A stretch of DNA of 64,000 nucleotides from an uncultured Candidatus Saccharibacteria bacterium (lineage in GTDB: Bacteria; Patescibacteriota; Saccharimonadia; Saccharimonadales; CAZVRA01): contig CAZVRA010000001.1 of the NCBI GenBank assembly GCA_964630055.1, positions 91,569-155,568 on the forward strand, written 5' to 3'. Below are positions 52,884 to 61,457 of the stretch, in pieces (position 1 is the first letter of the stretch; each line of letters starts with the position of its first letter). The notes under the pieces are model-generated. The model was not told where the DNA came from, searched no databases, and worked only from the letters and a program-made list of their open reading frames with translations. The translations under genes and the position numbers were made by a program.

Positions 52884-55156
52884 GGTTTAAATGCTTTTTT
52901 ATGGCTGCCACACAATTGGGCTCATCGGCATTTATGATGCCAATGGTTATTTTGCTAATGGCAATTTTGATGATTGTGGGCAGCGCGGCGTTGGCGCAAG
53001 CGGCTAACTCATTTGGCTTAAGCACCAAACAAGGTTATGACAACATGGCTTTGGAAGGGGCCCGGTCGGGCATAGAATATGCCCGAGTGCATTACAAAAA
53101 CGATTCCCCCTGCTATAACCCCCAGGGATCTAGCCCGGTCGAAACTGTTTCTAGCGGTCAAAGCGGGGGAACCTACAAAGTAACCTTCCAGGTCGAGCCG
53201 GTTGTGCCCGCCGGTACGACTTTTTCGCCCTGCGGCAGCTACACGGTTAAAGTTACCGGCCGAGTTTATACACCAGCCACTTCATCGACTCCACGAACCA
53301 GCAAAAGTTTACAGCTAGCCTTAGTGCCTAATGCTGCCGTAGCGGGCAGTGGGCAGGCTACGGCGGGCAGCGGGGCAGGCTCTAATGTAAACGCTCAGCT
53401 CAACACTTTTACTTCTGGGGGCAAAACAATTGTTTTTGGGGTCATGGCCAATGCCAAAGCCGCCTATAACCAATCGCCAAATTACTTTGTTTGTTTTGAC
53501 CTAAGTAAGCCCAAAGATCCAAATAACTCCAATAACATTGATGCCCAAGCTTGTGATGGCACCGGTAACGGTACAGCCAGCCTCAAGGCCAATTCTTATA
53601 TAGATTCCAATATGATGGCCGGCGACTCTTTGGCGTCCTCGAGCACTGGCATAGGAGGTGCTTTTAATGCAGCAGGCACCGGCGGCGGCACCAATTTATT
53701 TTTGACCGATAACAACAATTCAGGCTACTTTGACCGCGAAACTGGCAATTATTATGTCAACGTCCACCGCACCAATTCGCCAGCCAGCAACCGAACCGAT
53801 GCCAACACCGACATCGGCTGGTTGTGCGTAAATATCAGCACTGCCGGTGCCAAAAATTGCGGCTTTCGCAAGGCCGGTAATTTAGCGCCAGCGTTCTCTG
53901 GTACGGTAGCCGCTGCCGCTCCTCAGTCGATGTTTATTAGCACAGTTTACAAAGAATCAGGCTCCGGTGGCGGGCGGATTAAGCGGATTTACGCCCTGGC
54001 TGGCAAAGATGTGCCCAGTGGCTCCAAACGTAAGGTTTATTGTTGGGACATTACCAACACCGTCGGCGCCGGTAATGCTTGCAGCGGCCAGCCCTACCAG
54101 ACCAATTTGCCAGATTATTTGCCCGATCAACACCAATTTGGTGCTGCCTATGGGCCTTATGGCATTACTGGTTACGGCTCAAGCTTTAACGACGACGGCA
54201 ACAGCAAAGTTTACTGGACAATTAATTATTCAACCTATTCTACGCCTAATTATTTAAGGAATACTTCTTGTTATAGTGACTGGGGGTATTACTACCCATG
54301 CCAATACTGGACAGGTGGCGGCTCCCAAAAAACCATGGGCGCACGCATAGATTGCTTTGATACGTCCCTGTCTACGCCAGGACCTTGTTTTAATGGTACT
54401 GATGCCAACAACTTTTTGAATGGCCAGAATGTTTTGCCGGGATCTGGTGACCAGATAACGATTGACGCTTTATTTATGAACCGATTGTATGGTGATAATG
54501 CTAATACAGGCGGTAATGGCTGGGTTGGTCTAACTGCAGCACCGTTCTTTTGGCGCAATACCAGTTTGGCTGTGGGTGGTTTGTGCCAGCTTACTCACCC
54601 AGATGTTGTGTCGCACCAGTTTATGCGCAAACCTTTGGCTTGCTATAACCTCGGCAATGGCACGCTACAGACTAGCCCACCAGCTAATTTGGCCAGCGCT
54701 ATAAACAGCATGAATGGCGACCTCAGCTTAATGATATCGGCCGAAACGTCTAACAGATTATATTCGCCATATGTGATTATAGATAGTTTATATGTAGCCC
54801 TGGGGATGGACACTAAATGCAGTGGTAACCCACCCGACGCCAACTGGTGCCCTGGCTTTAAGCGCAGTCGCGGTTTTTGTTACGATTGGGCGGCCAATCA
54901 GCCATGTAGTCAATGGACAAACAGCTACGGTTTTGGCAGCGGTGTGGTAACTTGGGATAATTTGTCGGCTAGCGGTAGTAGCAACCAGAACAACCCGGGG
55001 GTAAGCCAGTTCGTAGTAGACCGTACGTGCATAAACGTTTCGACGTTTTTGGGTGCCTCGCTGTATTCTATAAACCGGTCGAACGGTCTTTACCCTGTGT
55101 CAAACGGTGGTAATAATGTTGGTTGTGCTCCATCTGGGCCGAGTTTTATCTTCTAG
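52874..55156 (+). CDS. large pilus-associated protein with PilX-like N-terminal hydrophobic segment (candidate tip/adhesin)
   Basis: SSAFMMPMVILLMAILMIVGSAALAQA followed by ~730 aa rich in G/N/S/C. Position between the minor pilins and pilM. Start ambiguous (52853, 52874 or 52901). Confidence 0.6.
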   Translation: MFVRFKCFFMAATQLGSSAFMMPMVILLMAILMIVGSAALAQAANSFGLSTKQGYDNMALEGARSGIEYARVHYKNDSPCYNPQGSSPVETVSSGQSGGTYKVTFQVEPVVPAGTTFSPCGSYTVKVTGRVYTPATSSTPRTSKSLQLALVPNAAVAGSGQATAGSGAGSNVNAQLNTFTSGGKTIVFGVMANAKAAYNQSPNYFVCFDLSKPKDPNNSNNIDAQACDGTGNGTASLKANSYIDSNMMAGDSLASSSTGIGGAFNAAGTGGGTNLFLTDNNNSGYFDRETGNYYVNVHRTNSPASNRTDANTDIGWLCVNISTAGAKNCGFRKAGNLAPAFSGTVAAAAPQSMFISTVYKESGSGGGRIKRIYALAGKDVPSGSKRKVYCWDITNTVGAGNACSGQPYQTNLPDYLPDQHQFGAAYGPYGITGYGSSFNDDGNSKVYWTINYSTYSTPNYLRNTSCYSDWGYYYPCQYWTGGGSQKTMGARIDCFDTSLSTPGPCFNGTDANNFLNGQNVLPGSGDQITIDALFMNRLYGDNANTGGNGWVGLTAAPFFWRNTSLAVGGLCQLTHPDVVSHQFMRKPLACYNLGNGTLQTSPPANLASAINSMNGDLSLMISAETSNRLYSPYVIIDSLYVALGMDTKCSGNPPDANWCPGFKRSRGFCYDWAANQPCSQWTNSYGFGSGVVTWDNLSASGSSNQNNPGVSQFVVDRTCINVSTFLGASLYSINRSNGLYPVSNGGNNVGCAPSGPSFIF

Positions 55157-55219
55157 CCGAGGAGTCGCTGGTCGCCTTTGAGGCTGCTTTTTGATAGACT
55201 ATAAAAAGGTTAAGCTTAT

Positions 55220-56332
55220 ATGCAAAAAATTCCTACTTTTTACCGCGACAAGCCGATTATTGGTGTTGATATTGGTCAACACACAATTAAAATTGTTCGT
55301 ATTGATGTTGGCAAAAAAGATTACCACGATGTGCGGGGCTATGGTTCGGCCGATTTTACCAAACCCATCATACAGTCTGATATGATCATAGACCCAGCGG
55401 CTACTGGCAACGACATTCGTAACTTGCTTAATCAGACTCTTGGTAGCGACACCATTGGTGACCGAAGGGTGGTTGGTTCGCTGCCAACGCGCTACGCTTA
55501 TATTCGCAGTTTGTATTTTCCCAAGCTCAAAAGCAAGGAGCTGCGCGACGCCATTAATCTAGAGCTGGAACAGTCTGTGCCCATACCGGTGGCAGATTTG
55601 GTGGTATCTTACGATGTTTTTGATGCCAAGCCACACAAAGATAAAGATGGCCACGAAGTGCCAGTGAGTGCCGACCAGGCCATCGAGGTAGTAGTAACGG
55701 CTGCACCGCGTAAGCTTATAGATTCGTTTTGCCAAGCTTTTGTCGAGGCTGGTCTGGAGTTGGCCGCCATCGAAACGTCTATCCAGTCGCTTAATCGGCT
55801 TATTGGCTTTGCCGACGACAAATCGTCGACCACCTTGTTGGTGGATATAGGCGACAATTCGGTAGATATGTGCGTGGTTGATTCTGTTATACGAGTGGTC
55901 ACCATGGTAGATGGCGGCGGCCGGTCGTTTACTCAGCAGATTGCCAAACATTACGATGTGCCCCAAAAAGTGGCCGAAGGCTTGAAGTTTAAGTATGGTT
56001 TAGGTGTTGGCAAATATCAGGCGGGTATGCGAGAGGCGCTTACTCCACCCCTGTCAGTTTTAATTAAAGAAATCCAAAAAATAATGCGTTTTTACGAGGA
56101 ACGATCTGGTCCTCAAGGCGGCGTCCAGCAAATTATTACCACTGGAGGTGGCGCTAATATGCCCGGTTTAAGCGATTACCTTATCGATACTTTGCGTTTG
56201 CCGGTTCGTATGTGCAATGTTTGGCAGAACATGAACTTTAGCAGTATTGAAAAACCAAAAATCTATGACGACTCAACTTATGCCACGGCCGCTGGCCTAG
56301 CGTTGCTTGATATTAGGGAGATTTATTCATGA
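55220..56332 (+). CDS. pilM: type IV pilus assembly protein PilM (actin-like ATPase fold)
   Basis: IIGVDIGQHTIKIV, LLVDIGDNSVDMCVV, ITTGGGANMPGLSDYL. Confidence 0.85.
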   Translation: MQKIPTFYRDKPIIGVDIGQHTIKIVRIDVGKKDYHDVRGYGSADFTKPIIQSDMIIDPAATGNDIRNLLNQTLGSDTIGDRRVVGSLPTRYAYIRSLYFPKLKSKELRDAINLELEQSVPIPVADLVVSYDVFDAKPHKDKDGHEVPVSADQAIEVVVTAAPRKLIDSFCQAFVEAGLELAAIETSIQSLNRLIGFADDKSSTTLLVDIGDNSVDMCVVDSVIRVVTMVDGGGRSFTQQIAKHYDVPQKVAEGLKFKYGLGVGKYQAGMREALTPPLSVLIKEIQKIMRFYEERSGPQGGVQQIITTGGGANMPGLSDYLIDTLRLPVRMCNVWQNMNFSSIEKPKIYDDSTYATAAGLALLDIREIYS

Positions 56333-56910
56333 TTAATTTACTCCCAGAGGAAACGCGCACCGAAATCATGTATGGCCGGCGTAATTTATGGATCCTCCAC
56401 CGCCTATTGGCAGTTTTTTGCGTGATGATTGTTATTGTTGGATTAGCCGGTGTAGGCACAAAATATGCCATTGATTCTCAGAAGCAGGTTCAGTCGTCGA
56501 TTAGCCAAAACAATACTCAGCTCGAAAGTGGGCGCTGGGGCAAAGTTATGGCTCAGGATCATGAGCTGGGCAAAAAGGTTGAGGCGGTGGCGCAAGTGTT
56601 GGACCAAGAAGTCAGGTTTTCCGAAATAGTACACGCTATAGCTACCACCATGCCTGACGGCAGTATTTTGACTGGTGGGCTGAGCTTGGCCCCAAACCAG
56701 AGTGGGCCAGTTAACTTAACCATTAAGACTAAGAATCAAGAGATGATACCTTCCTTGGCATCAACTTTAACGACCGCTACTGGGTCGCCCTTTAAGACGG
56801 CCGTTATCAATAACACTAATTGCGCTCCTTCCGGTGATTACCCCTGTACGGCTCAAATAACTGCTACCTTTAAAGACAATGTATTTAAGCATAGTAAGGT
56901 TAAATCCTAA
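56329..56910 (+). CDS. pilN: type IV pilus assembly protein PilN
   Basis: MINLLPEE N-terminus + single TM. ATGA overlap with pilM. Confidence 0.7.
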   Translation: MINLLPEETRTEIMYGRRNLWILHRLLAVFCVMIVIVGLAGVGTKYAIDSQKQVQSSISQNNTQLESGRWGKVMAQDHELGKKVEAVAQVLDQEVRFSEIVHAIATTMPDGSILTGGLSLAPNQSGPVNLTIKTKNQEMIPSLASTLTTATGSPFKTAVINNTNCAPSGDYPCTAQITATFKDNVFKHSKVKS

Positions 56911-57527
56911 TGAGTAACAAACGCTACGCATTTATACTATCGGCTATTTTGGTGGTCTCTATTATTGGGTCGATTGGTGTTTTGTATGGGGCGCACAAGT
57001 ATATTATGTCGCGAGCTAGCCATTTTTCTAACCTAAAAGCCGAGGACGAAGCCGGCCAACAACGCTTAGCTCAGCTTGGCAAGATTGAAGGACAGCTCAA
57101 GAAATACCAAGATTTTACAGCAATATCAGAGCAAGTAATGCCGACCAAGTACGATCAAACAGAGATCAACCTAATAGTTAGACTAGCTGCCCAGTCGGGT
57201 ATTAGCCTTTCTACAATTGGCGTTGGTAGTGGCCCAGGCGCAGGTACCGGGGCCGCCCCAGCCAGCCCTGGAGCCGGCGGAACGTCGTCTGCAGCGTGTG
57301 CGTCACCTCTGGTAACCTACAAACCAGCACCTGGAGTTTGCTCTGTAACTTTTCGTATTCAGCCCAATGGTACAGTAAGTTTTGGCCAATTTATGGATTT
57401 TTTGACTCGTATAGAGCAGAGTCGCCGAAAAATTGTTGTTACCAATCTTACTATTAGTCCGACGGGCGATAATGCTAGTCGGCTAAACTTTGCAGCAGAT
57501 CTTAATATGTTTACGAGGCCCAAATAA
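56910..57527 (+). CDS. pilO: PilO-like pilus assembly protein
   Basis: N-terminal TM + coiled coil. Start overlaps the pilN stop codon by 1 nt (TAATG). Confidence 0.6.
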   Translation: MSNKRYAFILSAILVVSIIGSIGVLYGAHKYIMSRASHFSNLKAEDEAGQQRLAQLGKIEGQLKKYQDFTAISEQVMPTKYDQTEINLIVRLAAQSGISLSTIGVGSGPGAGTGAAPASPGAGGTSSAACASPLVTYKPAPGVCSVTFRIQPNGTVSFGQFMDFLTRIEQSRRKIVVTNLTISPTGDNASRLNFAADLNMFTRPK

Positions 57528-57937
57528 TGGACGATAAAGAAAAAGCTACTACAACAATAAAAGCACCAGCTGGCGCTAACAAGGTTTCGGTATCTAGCCC
57601 CAAAGCTAGACCAAAGTCCAAAATATCGCCTCGCGACATGATTGTGCGTGGCTCTACTTATGTTAAACGAACCCAGGGCTTTATTTTTAACCATAGTCTG
57701 TGGGGTATTTTCATTATTTTGGTGGCTGCTATTAGCTTGCTGGTGTATGACATACAACGTTTTAGCAGTACTCCAGTCAATGATTCCAGAGTTCAAGAGA
57801 TTTTGCAGCAAAACCAATTACCTCCGGTAGATACCAAGACTATCGATTCGGTCATGAAACTGCAAGAAACGCCAACGGGGGGTGGCCCCTTGGCAGCTCC
57901 AACGGCCGGAAACCGGGCTAATCCATTCGGTGAGTGA
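57527..57937 (+). CDS. hypothetical single-TM protein, last gene of the pilMNO operon
   Basis: Start overlaps the pilO stop. TM LWGIFIILVAAISLLVY. No family recognised. Confidence 0.5.
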   Translation: MDDKEKATTTIKAPAGANKVSVSSPKARPKSKISPRDMIVRGSTYVKRTQGFIFNHSLWGIFIILVAAISLLVYDIQRFSSTPVNDSRVQEILQQNQLPPVDTKTIDSVMKLQETPTGGGPLAAPTAGNRANPFGE

Positions 57938-58120
57938 GGTTAGCAAACACTTAATGGCCGGTTGTAACATCTATTCTGTAGGACATATATTAAATATTTG
58001 TTAAATATTTTCAAAAAAGTTACATAATTTTAGCATAAGCAGTTAACATGGCCCAATTCTTGCTATACTATGGCAGAGCATACGGGGAATAATTCAGTAT
58101 TTTAAGTGAAGGAGAGGGAT

Positions 58121-59155
58121 ATGGCAGAAGCTAAAAAGACAAAACAGGCTAAGACCGAAGTGGCGGCTGAACCGACTAGCGGCAAGGCTAAGGCGCTTGG
58201 TTTAGCGCTCGAGGCTATAGAAAAACAGTTTGGTAAAGGGTCAATCATGAAGTTGGGTGATGCCCAAGATACAAAAGTCGAGTGTATACCGACCGGCAGC
58301 TTGTCGTTAGATTTAGCTCTGGGCGGAGGCGTGCCTAAAGGGCGAATCATCGAAATATATGGTCCGGAATCATCGGGCAAAACGACTTTAACTCTACACG
58401 CAATTGCGGAGATTCAAAAACAGGGTGGCACAGCAGCCTTTATTGATGCCGAACACGCGCTGGATCCGGCCTACGCCAAGCGTATTGGTGTCGATCTAGA
58501 GAACCTGCTGCTTAGCCAGCCAGATAACGGCGAGCAGGCATTAGAAATAACCGAGACTCTGGTGCGCAGTAATGCAGTTGATCTAATTGTCGTGGACTCC
58601 GTTGCTGCCTTAGTGCCTCGGGCCGAAATAGAAGGCGATATGGGCGACAGTCACATGGGCTTGCAGGCTAGGCTTATGAGCCAGGCTTTGCGTAAGCTCA
58701 CCGGTGTTATTAGCCGTTCTAAGGCCACGGTTGTGTTTATCAACCAGATTCGTATGAAGATTGGTGTTATGTTTGGCAACCCCGAAACAACAACCGGCGG
58801 TAATGCTCTAAAATTCTATGCTAGCGTCAGGATGGATATTCGCCGCATTGCCCAGATCAAACAGGGCGACAACATAATAGGCAATCGTACTAGAGTCAAG
58901 GTTGTTAAAAACAAAATTGCACCGCCATTTAGACAAGCCGAATTTGACATTATGTACAATAAAGGCATTAGTATGGCCGGCGATGTGCTAGATCTGGCGG
59001 TCGAAAAAGGTGTTGTAGATAAGGCGGGTGCTTGGTTTGCCTATAATGATGCCAAGATTGCCCAAGGTCGCGAAGCTGCCAAAAAATACCTAGAAGACAA
59101 CCCCAAAATTCTTAAAGAAATAACCGAAAAAATTAAAGTTGCCAGCGTAGATTAG
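58121..59155 (+). CDS. recA: recombinase RecA
   Basis: [10 protein letters not shown] Walker [50 protein letters not shown] 58121 (AGGAGAGGG SD) preferred over GTG 58106. Confidence 0.98.
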   Translation: MAEAKKTKQAKTEVAAEPTSGKAKALGLALEAIEKQFGKGSIMKLGDAQDTKVECIPTGSLSLDLALGGGVPKGRIIEIYGPESSGKTTLTLHAIAEIQKQGGTAAFIDAEHALDPAYAKRIGVDLENLLLSQPDNGEQALEITETLVRSNAVDLIVVDSVAALVPRAEIEGDMGDSHMGLQARLMSQALRKLTGVISRSKATVVFINQIRMKIGVMFGNPETTTGGNALKFYASVRMDIRRIAQIKQGDNIIGNRTRVKVVKNKIAPPFRQAEFDIMYNKGISMAGDVLDLAVEKGVVDKAGAWFAYNDAKIAQGREAAKKYLEDNPKILKEITEKIKVASVD

Positions 59156-59249
59156 TTAGTTGAGTTCTGAGTTTTTGTGCACTGTTTAATTTTGTTAGTG
59201 GCGTCCATGGGTGGCAAAAAGCGACTCAAAATAGTACTATAAGCTTTAT

Positions 59250-59582
59250 ATGTCTGCAGTCGATATCGGTTCTAGCCCAGAATTTGTTGCGCAATCAACT
59301 TCAGCTGCGGCTTTTTCGGAAATGCCCATACACAGACGCTTCAGGGTGATTGCCGAAATGGCGGTTGGAGGTGCTTGGGTTGCTCTCAGCTATTCATCGG
59401 TGTTCAACGAGGAATTTCCGCCCAGAACTGTTGGTGGGTGGGCCGTGGCTTTAACATCTACTGGTGTAGGCGTTGGGTCGTTATTGCATGCTGGTTACGC
59501 CAACCAAATCCCAGTTGGCCCTAACGAACACCAACAATTCGACGATCAAATCAAACAAATAAAACAAGTTGAGGCTGTGTGA
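59250..59582 (+). CDS. hypothetical two-TM membrane protein between recA and recX
   Basis: 110 aa. TACTAT 9 nt before the ATG. Stop overlaps the next gene's start. Confidence 0.5.
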   Translation: MSAVDIGSSPEFVAQSTSAAAFSEMPIHRRFRVIAEMAVGGAWVALSYSSVFNEEFPPRTVGGWAVALTSTGVGVGSLLHAGYANQIPVGPNEHQQFDDQIKQIKQVEAV

Positions 59583-60034
59583 CCGGATTTAACCACTTGG
59601 CTACTGGTGCTGCAATTGCAGTGATTGCTCACAGTCCTGCCGTCGCTTTGCCGGCCGCTTTAGCTTCGCATTTTATTCTTGATGCTCTGCCTCATTATGG
59701 GGTGGATCATCATGACCCAGAGCATTCCAGATTTTTTTGGCGTGTCATATCTATAGATTTAGCAGCTTCTATTTTGCTGACCATATCTATCGTTTGGCTA
59801 ACCAGGAGCTGGTTATTTGTTGGCTGCATGCTGGCAGCTATATCGCCAGACTTTGTTTGGTTCGCAAAATTTGGTCTGGATCGTTTGCGAAATCAACCAT
59901 TTGCACTGCCCAAAGACTTATTTTCGCGTTTACACAAAAATATTCAGTGGGGTGAACGCTCTTGGGGTTGGGGAGTAGAGCTAGTCTATGCCCTAGGCGT
60001 TATTGGTTTGTTAGTACGCATTCTAAAAAAGTGA
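59579..60034 (+). CDS. hypothetical polytopic membrane protein (weak resemblance to YdjM/DUF457-type membrane hydrolases)
   Basis: GFNHLATGAAIAVIA and SHFILDALPH segments. The resemblance is by eye only. Confidence 0.45.
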   Translation: MTGFNHLATGAAIAVIAHSPAVALPAALASHFILDALPHYGVDHHDPEHSRFFWRVISIDLAASILLTISIVWLTRSWLFVGCMLAAISPDFVWFAKFGLDRLRNQPFALPKDLFSRLHKNIQWGERSWGWGVELVYALGVIGLLVRILKK

Positions 60035-60070
60035 TACCTAAGTGCGATAATCGAAAGGTTAAGTTTTGTT

Positions 60071-60682
60071 GTGGCTCAGATTACAGATATAAAACAACAG
60101 GTTAAGCAAGCTGGTCGCTATTCGGTTTATGTCGATGGTGCTTTTTGCTTTGGCATTAGCGCCAATGGTTTGCTGGAATCGGGGCTACACACAGGGCAAG
60201 AAATTACATTGGACCAGCTAAAGCAGCTACGAAGTCGGGCTGCTGAGGATAAATCTTATAATTTGCTATTAAATCTAATTGCACGTCGCCAACGCAGCCG
60301 CTATGAGATTGAGCAATACATGCAACGCAAAAAGTACGATAAAAACACCGCCGAGCAGCTAATCACTAAATTGGAACAGGCCGGCCATATCGAAGATGAA
60401 GCGTTTGCAAAAGCATGGGTATCTAACCGGCGGTTGCTTAAGTCGATTAGCCGGCGGCGATTAGTGCAGGAGCTGCGGGCTAAAGGTATTGCCACCACGA
60501 CAATCGAGGCTGTTATGGCCAATGACAATACCGAGGATAGCGAAGTATTGACCGATTTGGTCCGGCGTAAAAGCCAGCAATCACGATATAAAGATCCGCA
60601 AAAATTGTTGGCATATTTGGTGCGTCAGGGCTACGGCTACGCTGATGTCAAGCAAGCTCTAGACGGCTATACTCGACCCTAA
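60071..60682 (+). CDS. recX: recombination regulator RecX
   Basis: GRYSVYVDGAFCFGIS N-terminus and three helical repeats (YNLLLNLIARRQRSRYEIEQYMQRK...). GTG start. Confidence 0.85.
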   Translation: MAQITDIKQQVKQAGRYSVYVDGAFCFGISANGLLESGLHTGQEITLDQLKQLRSRAAEDKSYNLLLNLIARRQRSRYEIEQYMQRKKYDKNTAEQLITKLEQAGHIEDEAFAKAWVSNRRLLKSISRRRLVQELRAKGIATTTIEAVMANDNTEDSEVLTDLVRRKSQQSRYKDPQKLLAYLVRQGYGYADVKQALDGYTRP

Positions 60683-60685
60683 ACT

Positions 60686-61231
60686 TTAGGATGCCGCAGC
60701 AGCGGTCATGGTGACATTGGCGGTGGTTATTTTGGTGGGTTGCAAGGGGTCGCGGATAACAATTTTGCGGTTTGTGACTTCTACAATTTGGCTGCGGTCT
60801 ACACTGAGGCTGCCAGTTGTGAAATTCTTTAATAAAGATTGCCCAACGTAGAGTTTTTTGACATAAAGAGACGTGGAGTCACAGGCGTAATCGTTAATTT
60901 TGCCCAATCGCTTTTTTTGTTCATTAAAAACCGGCTTATTTTTTAGTTCGTAATTTATGTCTATAGTTTTTTTGAGTCGCACCAGATCGTCTGGGTGCGC
61001 TAAAACATCGTGATCATTAACCACCAAACCGGCGCCAATAACTTCTCGGATATCTTGAGTTAGGAGTATTAATACCAGCTTTTTATTAAGCGAATCGGTA
61101 CAGAAAAAACCTTCGATTTTCAGGTTGTTGGGGTTAATAATAGCCGAGTAGGTATGCGCTACCTGCCGCCCTGTTCGCAGACTTAGAACGGGTTGGTCGA
61201 TCAGACTTTTGCTAAGCAACAGCATAAGCAT
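60686..61231 (-). CDS. PRC-barrel domain protein (two repeats)
   Basis: LIDQPVLSLRTGRQVA...IINPNNLKIEGF and a second similar half. By-eye assignment. Confidence 0.55.
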   Translation of the reverse strand: MLMLLLSKSLIDQPVLSLRTGRQVAHTYSAIINPNNLKIEGFFCTDSLNKKLVLILLTQDIREVIGAGLVVNDHDVLAHPDDLVRLKKTIDINYELKNKPVFNEQKKRLGKINDYACDSTSLYVKKLYVGQSLLKNFTTGSLSVDRSQIVEVTNRKIVIRDPLQPTKITTANVTMTAAAAS

Positions 61232-61457
61232 AGTATAGCAGGCGCAATTGGTCTTGGCGACGATCCCAAGGTGTAATTATTTGCAAGTTTTTTGAACAAA
61301 TTTAACAATAATTTAACAAATTTTTAGTGCTGAAATTGTAATATTACAGTGGTCGTCATGCTTAGTTCATTGTGCTTGTGTTTTATAAAAAAAGTTGTTG
61401 CAACCATCCAAATAGGTTCTTATACTGGCTCAGCTAACCATAAATAAAGGAGGGAAT

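Noticed and set aside
57938-58120. LexA/SOS box upstream of recA
   Set aside because: Neither a Gram-positive GAAC-N4-GTTC nor an E. coli-type CTGT-N8-ACAG palindrome is present.
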